Source: Calditrichia bacterium (lineage in GTDB: Bacteria; Calditrichota; Calditrichia; JAJRVZ01). Taken from it: DNA of 64,000 nt. Below are positions 31,990 through 42,778 of the stretch, piece by piece (within the stretch, counting starts at the first letter, position 1; every line of letters begins with the position of its first letter). The position numbers and the translations under genes are program-made. The stretch spans positions 96,001-160,000 of the forward strand of contig CAVZSQ010000003.1 of the NCBI GenBank assembly GCA_963777955.1. The letters are read 5' to 3'. The notes beneath the pieces are model-generated. The model was not told where the DNA came from and made no database searches. It saw only the letters and a list, made by a program, of their open reading frames with translations.

Positions 31990-32568
31990 ATGAAGGATCA
32001 GGAATCTGGTATTGCCGCCGGTCCTGCTGAGCAGGAGACTGAGCCTCAGCCTGAGACTCAGCCCGAATCTGAGCAGGAAGCAAAGGAGCATGGCAAAAAA
32101 GGGCGGGCGAAGAGTTATCTGGATGAGATAAAAAAACTTAAAATGGAGAATGAACAAATCCAGGATAAACTGCTGCGCAAGATTGCTGAATTCGACAATT
32201 ATAAAAAGCGGACTGAACGGGACTTCTTCGAGCGAATTCAAAATGCCAATGAGAATCTGATCATCCAGTTGCTTCCGGTTGTGGACGATCTGGAAAGATT
32301 TCTGAATCATTCTGCTCAGGCAGCGGAGGAGAATTCCCTGTATGTAGCAGTTGACCTGATCTATAAAAAGTTAGTTGCGATCCTGGAAAAAACAGGTTTG
32401 AAACCGCTGGTTTCCGTCGGCGAAGATTTTGATCCTGAAAAGCACGATGCTTTGCTGCAGCAGGAAAGTGATCAATACAGCAGCGGCAAAATAATAGAGG
32501 AGCATGTGAAAGGATTTGAATTGAACGGCAAGATTATCCGTCATGCTCAGGTAATTGTAGCCAAATAA
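31990..32568 (+). CDS. grpE: Nucleotide exchange factor GrpE
   Basis: LRKIAEFDNYKKR, LLPVVDDLER, FDPEKHDA. Confidence 0.96.
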   Translation: MKDQESGIAAGPAEQETEPQPETQPESEQEAKEHGKKGRAKSYLDEIKKLKMENEQIQDKLLRKIAEFDNYKKRTERDFFERIQNANENLIIQLLPVVDDLERFLNHSAQAAEENSLYVAVDLIYKKLVAILEKTGLKPLVSVGEDFDPEKHDALLQQESDQYSSGKIIEEHVKGFELNGKIIRHAQVIVAK

Positions 32569-32594
32569 GTAAAAGGTTAATGCGCTGAAAAGTT

Positions 32595-33740
32595 ATGACT
32601 ACGAAACGTGATTTATATGAAATACTGGGTGTGGCACGGACGGCCACGGCAGACGAAATAAAAAAAGCCTATCGTAAACTGGCCATTCAGTATCATCCCG
32701 ACCGGAATCCGGGCGACAAAGCCTCGGAGGAAAAATTCAAAGAAATTGCCGAGGCCTATGCCATCCTGAGTGATCAGGATAAAAGAACCCGTTATGATCG
32801 TTTTGGCCATACCTCAACCTCCGGTGCAGGGGATTTCGGGGGCTTCACCAATATCGAAGATATATTCAGTGCGTTCGGCGATATCTTTGGCGGTGGTTTC
32901 GGGGATTTTTTCGGAACTTCAACCCGGCGCCGGCAGAAAAGAAGTGAAACGCGCGGCAGTGATTTACAGATACGCTTGAGTCTGACCCTGGAAGAAATTG
33001 TCAGCGGAATTACTAAAAAAATCAAAGTTAAGAAACACGTCGTTTGTGAAAGTTGCAACGGCACTGGCAGTTCCCGGAACTCCAAGAGCAGCAGTTGTCC
33101 GGTTTGCCAGGGCAGCGGTGAAATCAGGCGGGTAACCCAGTCGATCTTTGGCCAGATGATCAATGTGACTACCTGTTCTAACTGCCATGGCGAAGGCAAG
33201 ATCATTGTAAATCCCTGCCCGGAGTGCAATGGCCAGGGCAAGGTTATCGGGCAAAAAAATATTGAGATTAACATTCCGGCCGGAGTGGCCGCCGGCAATT
33301 ATATCCCCCTGCGCGGTGAAGGAAATACCGGGACCAGAAACGGTACGGCCGGCGACCTGATCGTATATATCGAAGAAGAAAAACATCCGATTTTTGAACG
33401 GGCCGACAATGATGTGGTAATGGTTCTACCCATAAGTTTTCCCCAGGCAGCCCTGGGAGTATCCCTGGAAATTCCAACGCTGACCGGCGCGGCCAGAATT
33501 ACCATACCCCCCGGCACGCAATCCGGGAAAATACTCCGTATGAGAAATAAGGGGATTCCTAATCTGCATGGTGCCGGGATCGGTGATCAATTAATCCAGA
33601 TTCACGTTTATACCCCCACTCATCTGAATGCCGAAGAAAAACGCCTGATCAAAGATCTGGAAAATCTGGAGAACCTGAAACCTCCCAAGGATCACAGTAA
33701 GAATATTTTCGAAAAATTTAAGGAAGCTCTGAACCTGTAA
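32595..33740 (+). CDS. dnaJ: Chaperone DnaJ
   Basis: J domain with HPD, G/F region, four CxxCxGxG repeats. Confidence 0.97.
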   Translation: MTTKRDLYEILGVARTATADEIKKAYRKLAIQYHPDRNPGDKASEEKFKEIAEAYAILSDQDKRTRYDRFGHTSTSGAGDFGGFTNIEDIFSAFGDIFGGGFGDFFGTSTRRRQKRSETRGSDLQIRLSLTLEEIVSGITKKIKVKKHVVCESCNGTGSSRNSKSSSCPVCQGSGEIRRVTQSIFGQMINVTTCSNCHGEGKIIVNPCPECNGQGKVIGQKNIEINIPAGVAAGNYIPLRGEGNTGTRNGTAGDLIVYIEEEKHPIFERADNDVVMVLPISFPQAALGVSLEIPTLTGAARITIPPGTQSGKILRMRNKGIPNLHGAGIGDQLIQIHVYTPTHLNAEEKRLIKDLENLENLKPPKDHSKNIFEKFKEALNL

Positions 33741-33775
33741 TTATCAGGCAAAACCTTCAGGTAAGACCTTCAGGC

Positions 33776-34231
33776 ATGTTTAGTTTAACTCCCACTGAGA
33801 AGCGCGCAATTATTGTCCTGATGCTGGTCATCGGCAGTGCCGGTATTGTCAGGCTGATCCAGCCCATGACGGTACGAACGGTATTGTATGATTATTCGCA
33901 GGCTGATAGTGTTTTTCAACGAACCAGCGCAGCACATCTGCAGCAGGTCCTGGATAGCCGGCAGGAAGATGAACCTGGCAGCCGCAGGGTTACTTCGTTT
34001 AAAAATCAAAAGAACAAACAACTGCCCGCAGCGGGCTCGGTAGATCTTAACCGGGCCTCTGTTACCGAACTGGAACTTTTACCCCATATCGGCCCGGCCA
34101 TGGCCAGGCGGATTACGGCCTTCAGAAAAAACAATGGAAAATTTAAATCGCTACAGGATTTGAAGAAAGTCAAAGGAATCGGGGATAAAACTTTTACTTT
34201 GATTAAACCATACCTGCAAGAAATTGAATAA
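33776..34231 (+). CDS. comEA: ComEA family helix-hairpin-helix DNA-binding protein
   Basis: N-terminal TM; VDLNRAS..ELELLPHIGP; LKKVKGIGDKT. Confidence 0.85.
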   Translation: MFSLTPTEKRAIIVLMLVIGSAGIVRLIQPMTVRTVLYDYSQADSVFQRTSAAHLQQVLDSRQEDEPGSRRVTSFKNQKNKQLPAAGSVDLNRASVTELELLPHIGPAMARRITAFRKNNGKFKSLQDLKKVKGIGDKTFTLIKPYLQEIE

Positions 34232-34238
34232 TACCGGT

Positions 34239-34460
34239 CTATTTTTGTTTTTTTGCCGGCTTTTTACGTGTTGCTGTCTTGATCCTGGGGCTTTTTTTAG
34301 TCTTTGGCTGAACAGGCCGGATCTTTTTCCTGGCTTTTTCTTCCGCCGCTATTTCCTTTTCAGCCTCTGCCCAATCAGCAAGGTCATGACCATGCTCTCC
34401 TCCGCGCATCACGAACTTATGATAAGCGCGTTCGGCAATCTTCTGTTGCTTTGAATCCAT
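34239..34460 (-). CDS. DUF2934 domain small protein with basic tail
   Basis: IAERAY...RGGEHGHDLADWAEAE. Confidence 0.8.
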   Translation of the reverse strand: MDSKQQKIAERAYHKFVMRGGEHGHDLADWAEAEKEIAAEEKARKKIRPVQPKTKKSPRIKTATRKKPAKKQK

Positions 34461-34612
34461 TATTACATTCCTTTCAAATTTCTTTCTGTCTGAGCTTTTA
34501 AATTTAAGATTTGAAAATCAGCGTTGCAAATGATTATTAATTTACCGGTAAAGGAAAACTGATCAGACAGAGAAGTATTGGTTTGATTTAAATTATTAAT
34601 TAATTTTTATAC

Positions 34613-35552
34613 ATGACGGAATTATCGCAGCAGATAAAAGATTTAGCACTGCACTCAGGATTTCAACTGGTTGGAATTGCGCCGGCCGACCAACCGGCCA
34701 GGAGTAAATTCCTCGATGAATGGCTGACCAGGCGATATCATGGCACTATGGACTGGATGCAGACTCGCAGCTCTGTGCGTAAAAACATTCAGTTATTATT
34801 TCCGGGTGTAAAATCAGTAATTTGTGTCGGGCACAATTATTACTCTTGCGGTTACGGGAATGGCAATCAGCAGCCGGCCGGTATTTCCTGTTATGCCCGG
34901 GGGAAAGATTATCATACGGTGATAAAAAGAAAGTTAAAGGTTTTATTCGCAGAGATTAAAAAATTACAGCCTGCTGTGCAGGGCCGGCTTTGTGTGGATT
35001 CGGCACCACTGCCGGAAAAAATCTGGGCCGAGGCCGCCGGACTGGGTTGGCAGGGCAAGCACACCAACCTGATCTCGCGCGACTTGGGCTCCTGGTTTTT
35101 TCTGGCCGAGATTCTGGTCAATATCGAACTGGCCGGCGATAACCCGGTCAAAAATTATTGTGGCAACTGTAACGCCTGTCTGAAAGCCTGTCCCACCGGG
35201 GCGCTGGTGCAACCCTACTTGCTGGATGCCTCCAGATGTATCTCGTACCTGACCATCGAATACAGGGCTGATCGTTTTCCTGAATCGTTGGCCAAAAAGA
35301 TGGGTAACTGGATTTTTGGCTGCGATATCTGTCAACAGGTCTGTCCCTGGAATAAGTTCAGCAAACTGACCGGTGAACCGGAATATCTGCCGGTGATTCA
35401 TCCGAAATATTCGACCCTGACCAATCTGCTCAGTATGCCGGAAAGTGAATTCAGCCAGATTTTCAGACTCTAGTCCGCTCAGGCGAACCGGATATAAAAA
35501 TTTCAGGCGCAACGTTCAGAATGCCCTGGAAAATAGCGCTGAGAATAGCTAA
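34613..35552 (+). CDS. queG: tRNA epoxyqueuosine(34) reductase QueG (frameshift near 35468)
   Basis: YARGKDYH, VDSAPLPEK, CGNCNACLKACP, CISYLTIE, FGCDICQQVCPWN; tail continues SPLRRTG..FRRN. Confidence 0.93.
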
Positions 35553-35553
35553 A

Positions 35554-36405
35554 ATGAATCTGCTGCTTAAAATACTGTCATTTCTGCTGATTATATTTCT
35601 TGGCCTAGATAACAGGACGGCTGATCAGTTACAGGCTCAGAGTAATGTCCTACGCCGGATTCAGGATATAGCGGTTGCCGATTCAGGATATCAGCGTGTA
35701 GCGGTGGATGAGGTCTCCGATTTCGGCCACTGGTTGCGTCAACTGGTCCTGAAGCCGGCAGGATCCCCGGTTTTAAGTCATAATGGAAAAGTTCGTAAAT
35801 CTGCGCAGGATACTACCGTGGCCGCGGTAATCAACCTTGATATCCAGGGCCGCCGGCACGAACAGTGTATGGATATTTTAATAAGACTTTATGCCGAATA
35901 TCTGTGGCAAAAAAAATCAGCAGAAGGTTTGCTCTTGCCTCTGCCGGGAGGAGTCTGGCTCAGCTGGCCTGAGTGGCGGGAAGGCCTGCGTCCGGAATTT
36001 CATGGCGTGCAGGTTAAATTAAAGCATCGGGCTGTGGCGGATTCTTCTTTTCAGAATTATGAAAATTATTTGCGCCTGATTTACAGTGAATCGCATACCC
36101 AGCAGTTTTATCATGGCTTAAAACGTATTGATCGGCAGGATCTGCAAATTGGCGACTTTATTGTTTCGCGCGGCAGTAAAAGTCATGCGGTAATGATCGT
36201 TGATCTGGCCCGGAATAAGCAGGGTCAACTGGTCGCCCTGATCGGGCATGGCGATACACCGGCCTGTGAGTTTTACCTGCTGAAAAACCGGGTAAATAAT
36301 CCCTGGTTTCCTGTAAACTTTGAACAGGAAAAATTGCCGTTACCTGTTAAAAAGGTTATGAAATGGGAAGGGCTGCGGCGTTTCCTGCAGCGCTCAATTA
36401 TTTAA
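35554..36405 (+). CDS. DUF4846-like exported protein
   Basis: FGHWLRQLVLKP, EQCMDILIRLYAEYL, HAVMIVD. Confidence 0.75.
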   Translation: MNLLLKILSFLLIIFLGLDNRTADQLQAQSNVLRRIQDIAVADSGYQRVAVDEVSDFGHWLRQLVLKPAGSPVLSHNGKVRKSAQDTTVAAVINLDIQGRRHEQCMDILIRLYAEYLWQKKSAEGLLLPLPGGVWLSWPEWREGLRPEFHGVQVKLKHRAVADSSFQNYENYLRLIYSESHTQQFYHGLKRIDRQDLQIGDFIVSRGSKSHAVMIVDLARNKQGQLVALIGHGDTPACEFYLLKNRVNNPWFPVNFEQEKLPLPVKKVMKWEGLRRFLQRSII

Positions 36406-37753
36406 TCAGTGCTTTAATCTCGGCCATGTATTTTTGAACCAGTTGCTGAGCTTCTGTTTCGGTCGGCGCCTCGGCCATGATCCGGATAATCGGTTCGGTA
36501 TTTGACTTGCGCAGATGCACCCAGGTCGTAGCGGTATCTATTTTCAGTCCGTCCAGGAAATTTATCGGTTGATCGGCATGATCGGCGGCAATTTTTTCCA
36601 GGATTTTATCCGCTTGCAAACCTGCGGTAGTAATTTTGCTTTTAACAATTTTATACTGCGGCAGGGATAGGAACAGGTCGTGAATCGTTTTACCCGATTC
36701 CAGCATAAACTGCAATGTCAGAACTATGGCCAGCGGCGCATCGCGTCCCAAATGCAGATCAGGCAGTATTACTCCGCCATTACCTTCACCGCCGACCACC
36801 GCCTCTTCCCGGGCCATTTCGTCAGCCACATGGATTTCGCCCACTTTGGTGCGAATGAACCGGCAGTTGTAATAGCGGGCGATATCTTCGGCAGCACGCG
36901 AGGTGGACATATTCACCACCACTGGGCCCAGTTTTTTCGTCAGAATAAATTTTACCGCCAGGGCCAGGGTATATTCTTCGCCGATAGGACTACCGGTATT
37001 ATCGATAATTGCACAACGGTCCACATCCGGATCAACGGCAAAACCGATATCGGCTTTCCTGCTTTTTACCAGCGCACATAATTCACCCAGATGCTCCGGC
37101 AGGGGCTCAGCCGTATGTGCAAAATGGCCGTTGGCCTCACCGTTCAGTATCTGGACTTCGCAACCGAGTTCATTAAGTAACCGGGGAATGATCAGGCCGC
37201 CGGCCCCATTGACGCAATCGATGACCACGTTAAATTTACGTTTACGGATTTTCGCGGCATCGATCAGGGGCAAATTGAGCAAGGCGGCAATATGGCGGCG
37301 ATTCGCTCCGTCATCGATCGTTTCTTTACCCAAACCGGTCCAGGATTTATAAGTAAACTGGCCTTTATCAGCAGACTGAAATAGTTGTTCGGCTTTGGCC
37401 GGACTCATGAAGCGGCTGTTACTATCCATGAATTTTAATCCGTTCCACTCGGGCGGATTGTGACTGGCCGTAATCGCCATTCCACCGGCAGCCTGGTGAT
37501 GCAGGATTTCCATTTGCACGGTAGGGGTGGGCACAATTCCGATGTCGATCACCTCGCAACCGCTGGCGGCCAGACAACCTTTAACCAGGTTGCGGATAAA
37601 ACCACCACTGGTCCGTGAATCCCCGCCGACGATCACTTTTTTGCCGTCCAGGTATGTACCAAAGGCCAGGGTGTATTTCTGGATGACCTGCGGTGTCAGG
37701 TCTTGACCTACAATTCCCCGAACACCGGAAATGGATACCATTAAAGCTGCCAC
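36398..37753 (-). CDS. glmM: Phosphoglucosamine mutase / phosphohexomutase
   Basis: ITASHNP, DPDVDR, GGEGNGG, RKSNTEP. Confidence 0.85.
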   Translation of the reverse strand: MAALMVSISGVRGIVGQDLTPQVIQKYTLAFGTYLDGKKVIVGGDSRTSGGFIRNLVKGCLAASGCEVIDIGIVPTPTVQMEILHHQAAGGMAITASHNPPEWNGLKFMDSNSRFMSPAKAEQLFQSADKGQFTYKSWTGLGKETIDDGANRRHIAALLNLPLIDAAKIRKRKFNVVIDCVNGAGGLIIPRLLNELGCEVQILNGEANGHFAHTAEPLPEHLGELCALVKSRKADIGFAVDPDVDRCAIIDNTGSPIGEEYTLALAVKFILTKKLGPVVVNMSTSRAAEDIARYYNCRFIRTKVGEIHVADEMAREEAVVGGEGNGGVILPDLHLGRDAPLAIVLTLQFMLESGKTIHDLFLSLPQYKIVKSKITTAGLQADKILEKIAADHADQPINFLDGLKIDTATTWVHLRKSNTEPIIRIMAEAPTETEAQQLVQKYMAEIKALIK

Positions 37754-37826
37754 GAGACGAAGTCCTCCTGTTGATTAATAGTTAAAAAATTTAAATTTAT
37801 GCGGTGATTAATACAAGGGAATAATT

Positions 37827-37927
37827 GACCCTCCCCAAGCCCCTCCCTGTCAACCTGTTGGCTGACAGGGAGGGGTAGGGGGTGGATTAAAGCCACCTCT
37901 GAGGTTTTTAGAACCTCGGAGGTGGTT
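37827..37927. repeat. Two adjacent REP-like palindromes
   Basis: CCCCTCCCTGTCA/TGACAGGGAGGGG and CCACCTCTGAGGTT/AACCTCGGAGGTGG. Confidence 0.75.
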
Positions 37928-38043
37928 TATAACAAATCATTAGCAGTTTAACTTCATTTTTTTTAGACTTATATACTATTTATCGATAAACCGTATAAAT
38001 CTTACCGGACCGATTTTTTGGAATTATAAAAGGAGAAAATCCG

Positions 38044-38940
38044 ATGAAAAATCATGCTCTGAAATATTGCCTATTATATGCTTGTCTGATCGTTTGTCCG
38101 ATGCTGATCCGGGCCCAGAGCGATAAACCATTGCCGGTTCAGTATGAGGAACTGACTTCCTGGCAATTTGCCACTGCCTTAGAGCAGGCGCAGCAAACCT
38201 GTATCATCCCGCTGGGCATTCTGGAAAAGCACGGTCCGCATCTGCCCTTGGGTACCGATTTATTGAGCGTCCGGGAAGTGGCCAAAGCGGCAGCGAAAAA
38301 GGAGTACGCCCTGATTTTCCCGCACTACTTTGTCGGACAGATCTACGAAGCCAAACCTCAGCCGGGAACGATTGCCTATGATCCCGAGCTGGTCTGGGAA
38401 TTTTTGCAGGGAACCTGCGATGAACTCGCCCGTAATGGTGTTAAGAAGATCATTCTGTTGAACGGTCATGGCGGCAATAATAATTTTCTGCAATATTTTT
38501 GCCAGGTACAATTAGCCGCGCATAAAGAGTACGCCGTTTACCTGTTTAATCCGGGAGAGGATCCTGAATTCAGTAAAAAAATAAACAGCATGCATAAAAC
38601 AAAAGTTGACGGACATGCCGGGGAAGTGGAGACATCCACGATGCTATTGACCCATCCGGATCTGGTTCAGCAGGACATGGCCGACAGGCAAAGCGGTGCT
38701 GATCAGAATCGCCTGACCAATTTACCCGATGCCTATGTGGGAATCTGGTGGTATGCGAAATTTCCCAATCACTACGCCGGTGACGGCCGGGCCGGGAATA
38801 AAGAACTGGGTAAATTGCTTTTTGATCATGATGTCGAACAATTTACTGCCATGATCAAAGCAGTCAAACAGGATACCCTGGTCCTGAAGTTACAGGAGCA
38901 ATTCTTCAGGGAATCCGAAAATCCCTTGCAGGCTAAATAA
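38044..38940 (+). CDS. Creatininase family amidohydrolase with signal peptide
   Basis: EKHGPHLPLGTD, NGHGGN, HAGEVETS. Confidence 0.9.
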   Translation: MKNHALKYCLLYACLIVCPMLIRAQSDKPLPVQYEELTSWQFATALEQAQQTCIIPLGILEKHGPHLPLGTDLLSVREVAKAAAKKEYALIFPHYFVGQIYEAKPQPGTIAYDPELVWEFLQGTCDELARNGVKKIILLNGHGGNNNFLQYFCQVQLAAHKEYAVYLFNPGEDPEFSKKINSMHKTKVDGHAGEVETSTMLLTHPDLVQQDMADRQSGADQNRLTNLPDAYVGIWWYAKFPNHYAGDGRAGNKELGKLLFDHDVEQFTAMIKAVKQDTLVLKLQEQFFRESENPLQAK

Positions 38941-39001
38941 ATATTTACTCCGACCAGGGATTATAAATTATAGTAATCGTATTTCATACTGCAGTATTAT
39001 A

Positions 39002-39970
39002 ATGACTCTAAAAATGGATAAGCAGATGCCACCGGCAGCAACACAGGATATTCAGGTAATCAATGTAAAAAAATATTTTAAAGAGGTTAAAGCAGTTGAC
39101 GGCATCGACCTGGAAATCAAGAGCGGAGAATTTGTCGCCCTGCTGGGACCCAATGGCGCCGGTAAAACCACCCTGGTGGAGATGATCGAGGGTATCCAGA
39201 AACCGGATACGGGTGAAATCCTGATCCGCGGCCGGCACTGGAAAAATAACCAGGATGCCTTGCACCGGATTCTCGGTATCTCTCTGCAGGAAAATTATTT
39301 TTTCGATAAACTGACGGTCCTGGAGACGCTAACCCTCTTCGCCAGTTTTTATGGCTTGCGCGGCCAGCGCATTACCAGCATGCTGGAGCTGACCGGTTTG
39401 CAGGAAAAAAGAAAAGACTACGTAAAGAATCTTTCCGGCGGGCAGAGACAGAAACTGGCGCTGGGTATTGCTCTGCTTAACGATGCACAGATCCTGCTGC
39501 TGGATGAACCCACCACCGGACTGGACCCGGGTTCACGTCGCGAGATCTGGAATATTTTGAACCGCCTGCGCAGCGAACGTAATATCTCGTTGATCCTGAC
39601 CACCCATTATATGGAAGAGGCGGAATTCCTCTGCGAGCGTATTATTATCATGGATAAGGGGCAAATATTGGCACAGGGGACTCTGCCGCAACTGCTGGCG
39701 GAAAATAAAAGTCATGAGTTGATTGAATTCAGTTTGGATCAGGACCTGCCCCCGGCAGTTTTTCTTGATATGCCCGGAGTAAATAAATTTATCTGGGATG
39801 ATAAATTGAACAAGGGACAACTGCTGGTCGATCATATCGTAACCCGCTTGCCGCTTTTCCTGGATCAAATCGACCGGTTAAATCTGTCGATTAAAAGTCT
39901 GGAATGCCGTCAGATCACACTGGATGACCTGTTCATTTCCATGACCGGCCGGCACTTAACGCAAATGTGA
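39002..39970 (+). CDS. ABC-2 transporter ATP-binding protein
   Basis: GPNGAGKTT, LSGGQRQ, LLDEPT, TTHYMEEAE. Confidence 0.93.
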   Translation: MTLKMDKQMPPAATQDIQVINVKKYFKEVKAVDGIDLEIKSGEFVALLGPNGAGKTTLVEMIEGIQKPDTGEILIRGRHWKNNQDALHRILGISLQENYFFDKLTVLETLTLFASFYGLRGQRITSMLELTGLQEKRKDYVKNLSGGQRQKLALGIALLNDAQILLLDEPTTGLDPGSRREIWNILNRLRSERNISLILTTHYMEEAEFLCERIIIMDKGQILAQGTLPQLLAENKSHELIEFSLDQDLPPAVFLDMPGVNKFIWDDKLNKGQLLVDHIVTRLPLFLDQIDRLNLSIKSLECRQITLDDLFISMTGRHLTQM

Positions 39971-39976
39971 GAAACA

Positions 39977-41092
39977 GTGCTGAATTCAAATCGCCCTATA
40001 ATTCAATTAATCCTGATCCAGATCAGGGAATTCTACCGTGAGCCGGGTATTATTTTCTGGGCGATCGTTTTTCCCATCGTGATGGCCTGGGGACTGGGTA
40101 TCGCTTTTACGGCCAAGGGTGAATTGATTAAAAATATCGCCGTGGTGGAGCATCAGGATACGCCCAATGCATCATGGCGGGAATTTATAAAAAACGGAAA
40201 GCAGATCGAGGCTAAAAAGAATCTGGGCGATGTGATTTATGAGATCAGCAATGATGATCAGAAATTAGGCCGGACCAAATACCGGTTCATTGTTACCGGC
40301 TGGGAGCAGGCCGTGGTCTTGCTGAAAAGAGGTACGATAGCCCTGATCCTGGAAGAAAACACGGCAGGTATGCAATACCATTTCGATCCGGCCAGCGACG
40401 AAGCCCGCATGATTTATCTGCAATTATCCGCCCTGGTCAACAAAACCAATTTGCATATCGATCAGAATCAGATAGCACCGCTGACCCGGCAGGGCACCAG
40501 GTATATCGATTTTTTAGTGCCCGGTTTGCTGGCCATGGGTTTGATGTCCTCGATCATGTGGGGTATCGGCTATTCCCTGGTGGAGCAGCGCACCAAAAAA
40601 CTGCTGCGGCGTATGATCGCCACTCCCATGAAAAAATCCAGTTTCCTGATTTCACATTTTGTGGGACGAACAGTATTATGCGCCGTCGAAGCCCTGCTGC
40701 TATATGTTTTTGTTCATTACTATTTTGATATTTCGATCCAGGGCAGTGTTCCGGCTCTGGTTGTTTTATTTCTGGCGGGAGTAATCGCCTTTACCGGGAT
40801 CGCAATTTTTGCCGCCTCCCGTACCTCGCGCACTGAAATCGCCAATGGCTTGATCAATGCCGTGACCATGCCGATGATGGTGGTCTCGGGGGTCTTTTTC
40901 AGTTATCATAATTTTCCGGATATAGTTATTCCATTGATCCAGGTGCTGCCCCTGACCATGCTGGCCGACGGTATCCGCAGTATCTTTATCGAAGGGGCAG
41001 GATTCAGGGAAGTAACCTCGTCGATATTTATTCTCAGTGGTCTGGGAGTTATTTTCTTTGCTATTGGATTAAAAGTCTACAAATGGTACTGA
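39977..41092 (+). CDS. ABC-2 transporter permease
   Basis: RYIDFLVPGL, LLRRMIATP, SGVFFS. Confidence 0.9.
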   Translation: MLNSNRPIIQLILIQIREFYREPGIIFWAIVFPIVMAWGLGIAFTAKGELIKNIAVVEHQDTPNASWREFIKNGKQIEAKKNLGDVIYEISNDDQKLGRTKYRFIVTGWEQAVVLLKRGTIALILEENTAGMQYHFDPASDEARMIYLQLSALVNKTNLHIDQNQIAPLTRQGTRYIDFLVPGLLAMGLMSSIMWGIGYSLVEQRTKKLLRRMIATPMKKSSFLISHFVGRTVLCAVEALLLYVFVHYYFDISIQGSVPALVVLFLAGVIAFTGIAIFAASRTSRTEIANGLINAVTMPMMVVSGVFFSYHNFPDIVIPLIQVLPLTMLADGIRSIFIEGAGFREVTSSIFILSGLGVIFFAIGLKVYKWY

Positions 41093-41096
41093 GCAG

Positions 41097-42376
41097 ATGG
41101 CTCATCATACTTTAAAAACGGCCTATTCGCAACTGGTCGAACGGCTTAACCGTTTCCCGCAGGGGGCACCTCCGGCAGAATTATTATTCAAGATTCTTAA
41201 AATCTTATTCAGCGAAAAAGAAGCAGGACTGGTGGCCCTGCTGCCGATCAAGCCATTTACGGCCCAAAAAGCCAGCCGCATCTGGAAAATGGATTTGACC
41301 GCTGCCAGGAATGTTCTGGATCAATTAGCCGGCCGGGCCTTGCTGGTGGATATCGTACATGAAGACGAGGTGGTTTATGCCCTGCCGCCGCCCATGGCCG
41401 GATTTTTTGAATTTTCGCTGATGCGGGTGCGGGATGATATCGATCAGCAGCTGCTGAGTGAATTATTCTATCAGTATCTGAATGTGGAAGAAGATTTTAT
41501 CCGGGAACTGTTTACACGAGGGGAGACCCAGCTGGGACGCACCTTTGTCCATGAACCGGCCCTGGCGGAAGAGAATGTCCTGCAGGTGCTGGATTATGAG
41601 CGGGCCAGCGCGGTGATCAGATCTGCAGAACATATGGCCGTGGGTATCTGTTATTGCCGGCATAAGATGCAGCATTTAGACAGAGCCTGTGCCGCGCCAA
41701 TGGAAATCTGTATGACCTTTAACAATACGGCCGATGCGCTGAGCCGGCATGGCCATGCCCGCCGGGTGGATAAAGCGGAGGGTCTGGATTTGTTACAACA
41801 GGCTTATGAAAATAATCTGGTGCAGTTTGGCGAGAATGTGCGCGAGCGGGTGAATTTTATCTGCAACTGCTGCGGCTGCTGCTGCGAAGCGATGATTGCC
41901 GCCCGGCGCTTTGCCATTCTGCAATCCGGTGCATACCACCAATTTTATACCAGCATTTGTAAATGGCCAATGCGACGGCTGCGGCAAATGTGTGAGTGTA
42001 TGTCCGGTGGAAGCCATGACCCTGGTTACGGCCAACGATCCCCATCATCCCAAAATGAAAAAAGCCAAACTGGATGAAACAGTTTGTCTGGGTTGCGGCT
42101 TGTGTGTACGGGCCTGTACAAAGAATAATATTACCCTGAAATCGAGACCGCAAACGGGTGATCACGCCGTTGAATGCCACTCATCGTACGGTGGTGATGG
42201 CCATTGAACGGGGCAAATTGCAGAATCTGATTTTTGACAACCGGGTACTATGGAGTCATCGTGCCCTGGCGGCATTACTCGGTACAATTTTAAAACTGCC
42301 GCCGGTAAAACAGATCATGGCGTCAGAGCAGGTGAAGTCATTGTATTTGGAGAGAATGATTAGAAGGATGGATTAA
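41097..42376 (+). CDS. 4Fe-4S dicluster protein with CNCCGCCC motif (frameshifts near 41925 and 42155)
   Basis: RLNRFPQGAP, CYCRH, ICNCCGCCC, CDGCGKCVSVCP, CLGCGLCVRAC across three ORFs. Confidence 0.85.
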
Positions 42377-42379
42377 ATA

Positions 42380-42580
42380 GGGACAAAGAGACAAAGAGAT
42401 AGAGAGACAAAGGGAGGCACAAAGGCACAGAGGGACAAAGAAAGGCACTAAGGCACTAACTGTCCCCTCGACTCCGCTCGGGGACCGTGAAACCGGTCGT
42501 CGAGCGAAGTCGAGACTGCATCGATATGTCATCGCGGGCATGTCGAAGACCTGGCGACAGACAGGACCCAGGATCTATCT
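42380..42580. repeat. Cluster of short tandem repeats (G[GA][GC]ACAAAG-like) and REP-like palindromes
   Basis: gggacaaagagacaaagag...ggcacaaaggcacagagggacaaag; GTCCCCTCGACTCCGCTCGGGGAC; CGAGCGAAGTCGAG. Confidence 0.65.
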
Positions 42581-42778
42581 TAAACGAAATAAAAAAAATA
42601 TCTACGTTTTAATAAAAATGTCTTGATATTGTCTGCCTAATGGTAGATCTGCGATATGTTTCTATGACTTTAAAAAGTGGGGAGACAGTGGATGAGAGAT
42701 TAATAAGAATACTAATTAACATTACTATTACTGACAAATATGATTAAGCCTATAAATTTATTCTATATTTATAATTTT

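Noticed and set aside
32029..32076. Repeat at the grpE 5' end (EQETEPQPETQPESEQ)
   Set aside because: Ordinary low-complexity disordered GrpE N-terminus.
42380..42460. CRISPR array (also considered at 47632 and 54957)
   Set aside because: Units are 7-10 bp with no unique spacers and no cas genes.
42338..42541. 67-aa ORF (also 54868-55068 and 48107-48439)
   Set aside because: Translations of repeat elements or pseudogene fragments.
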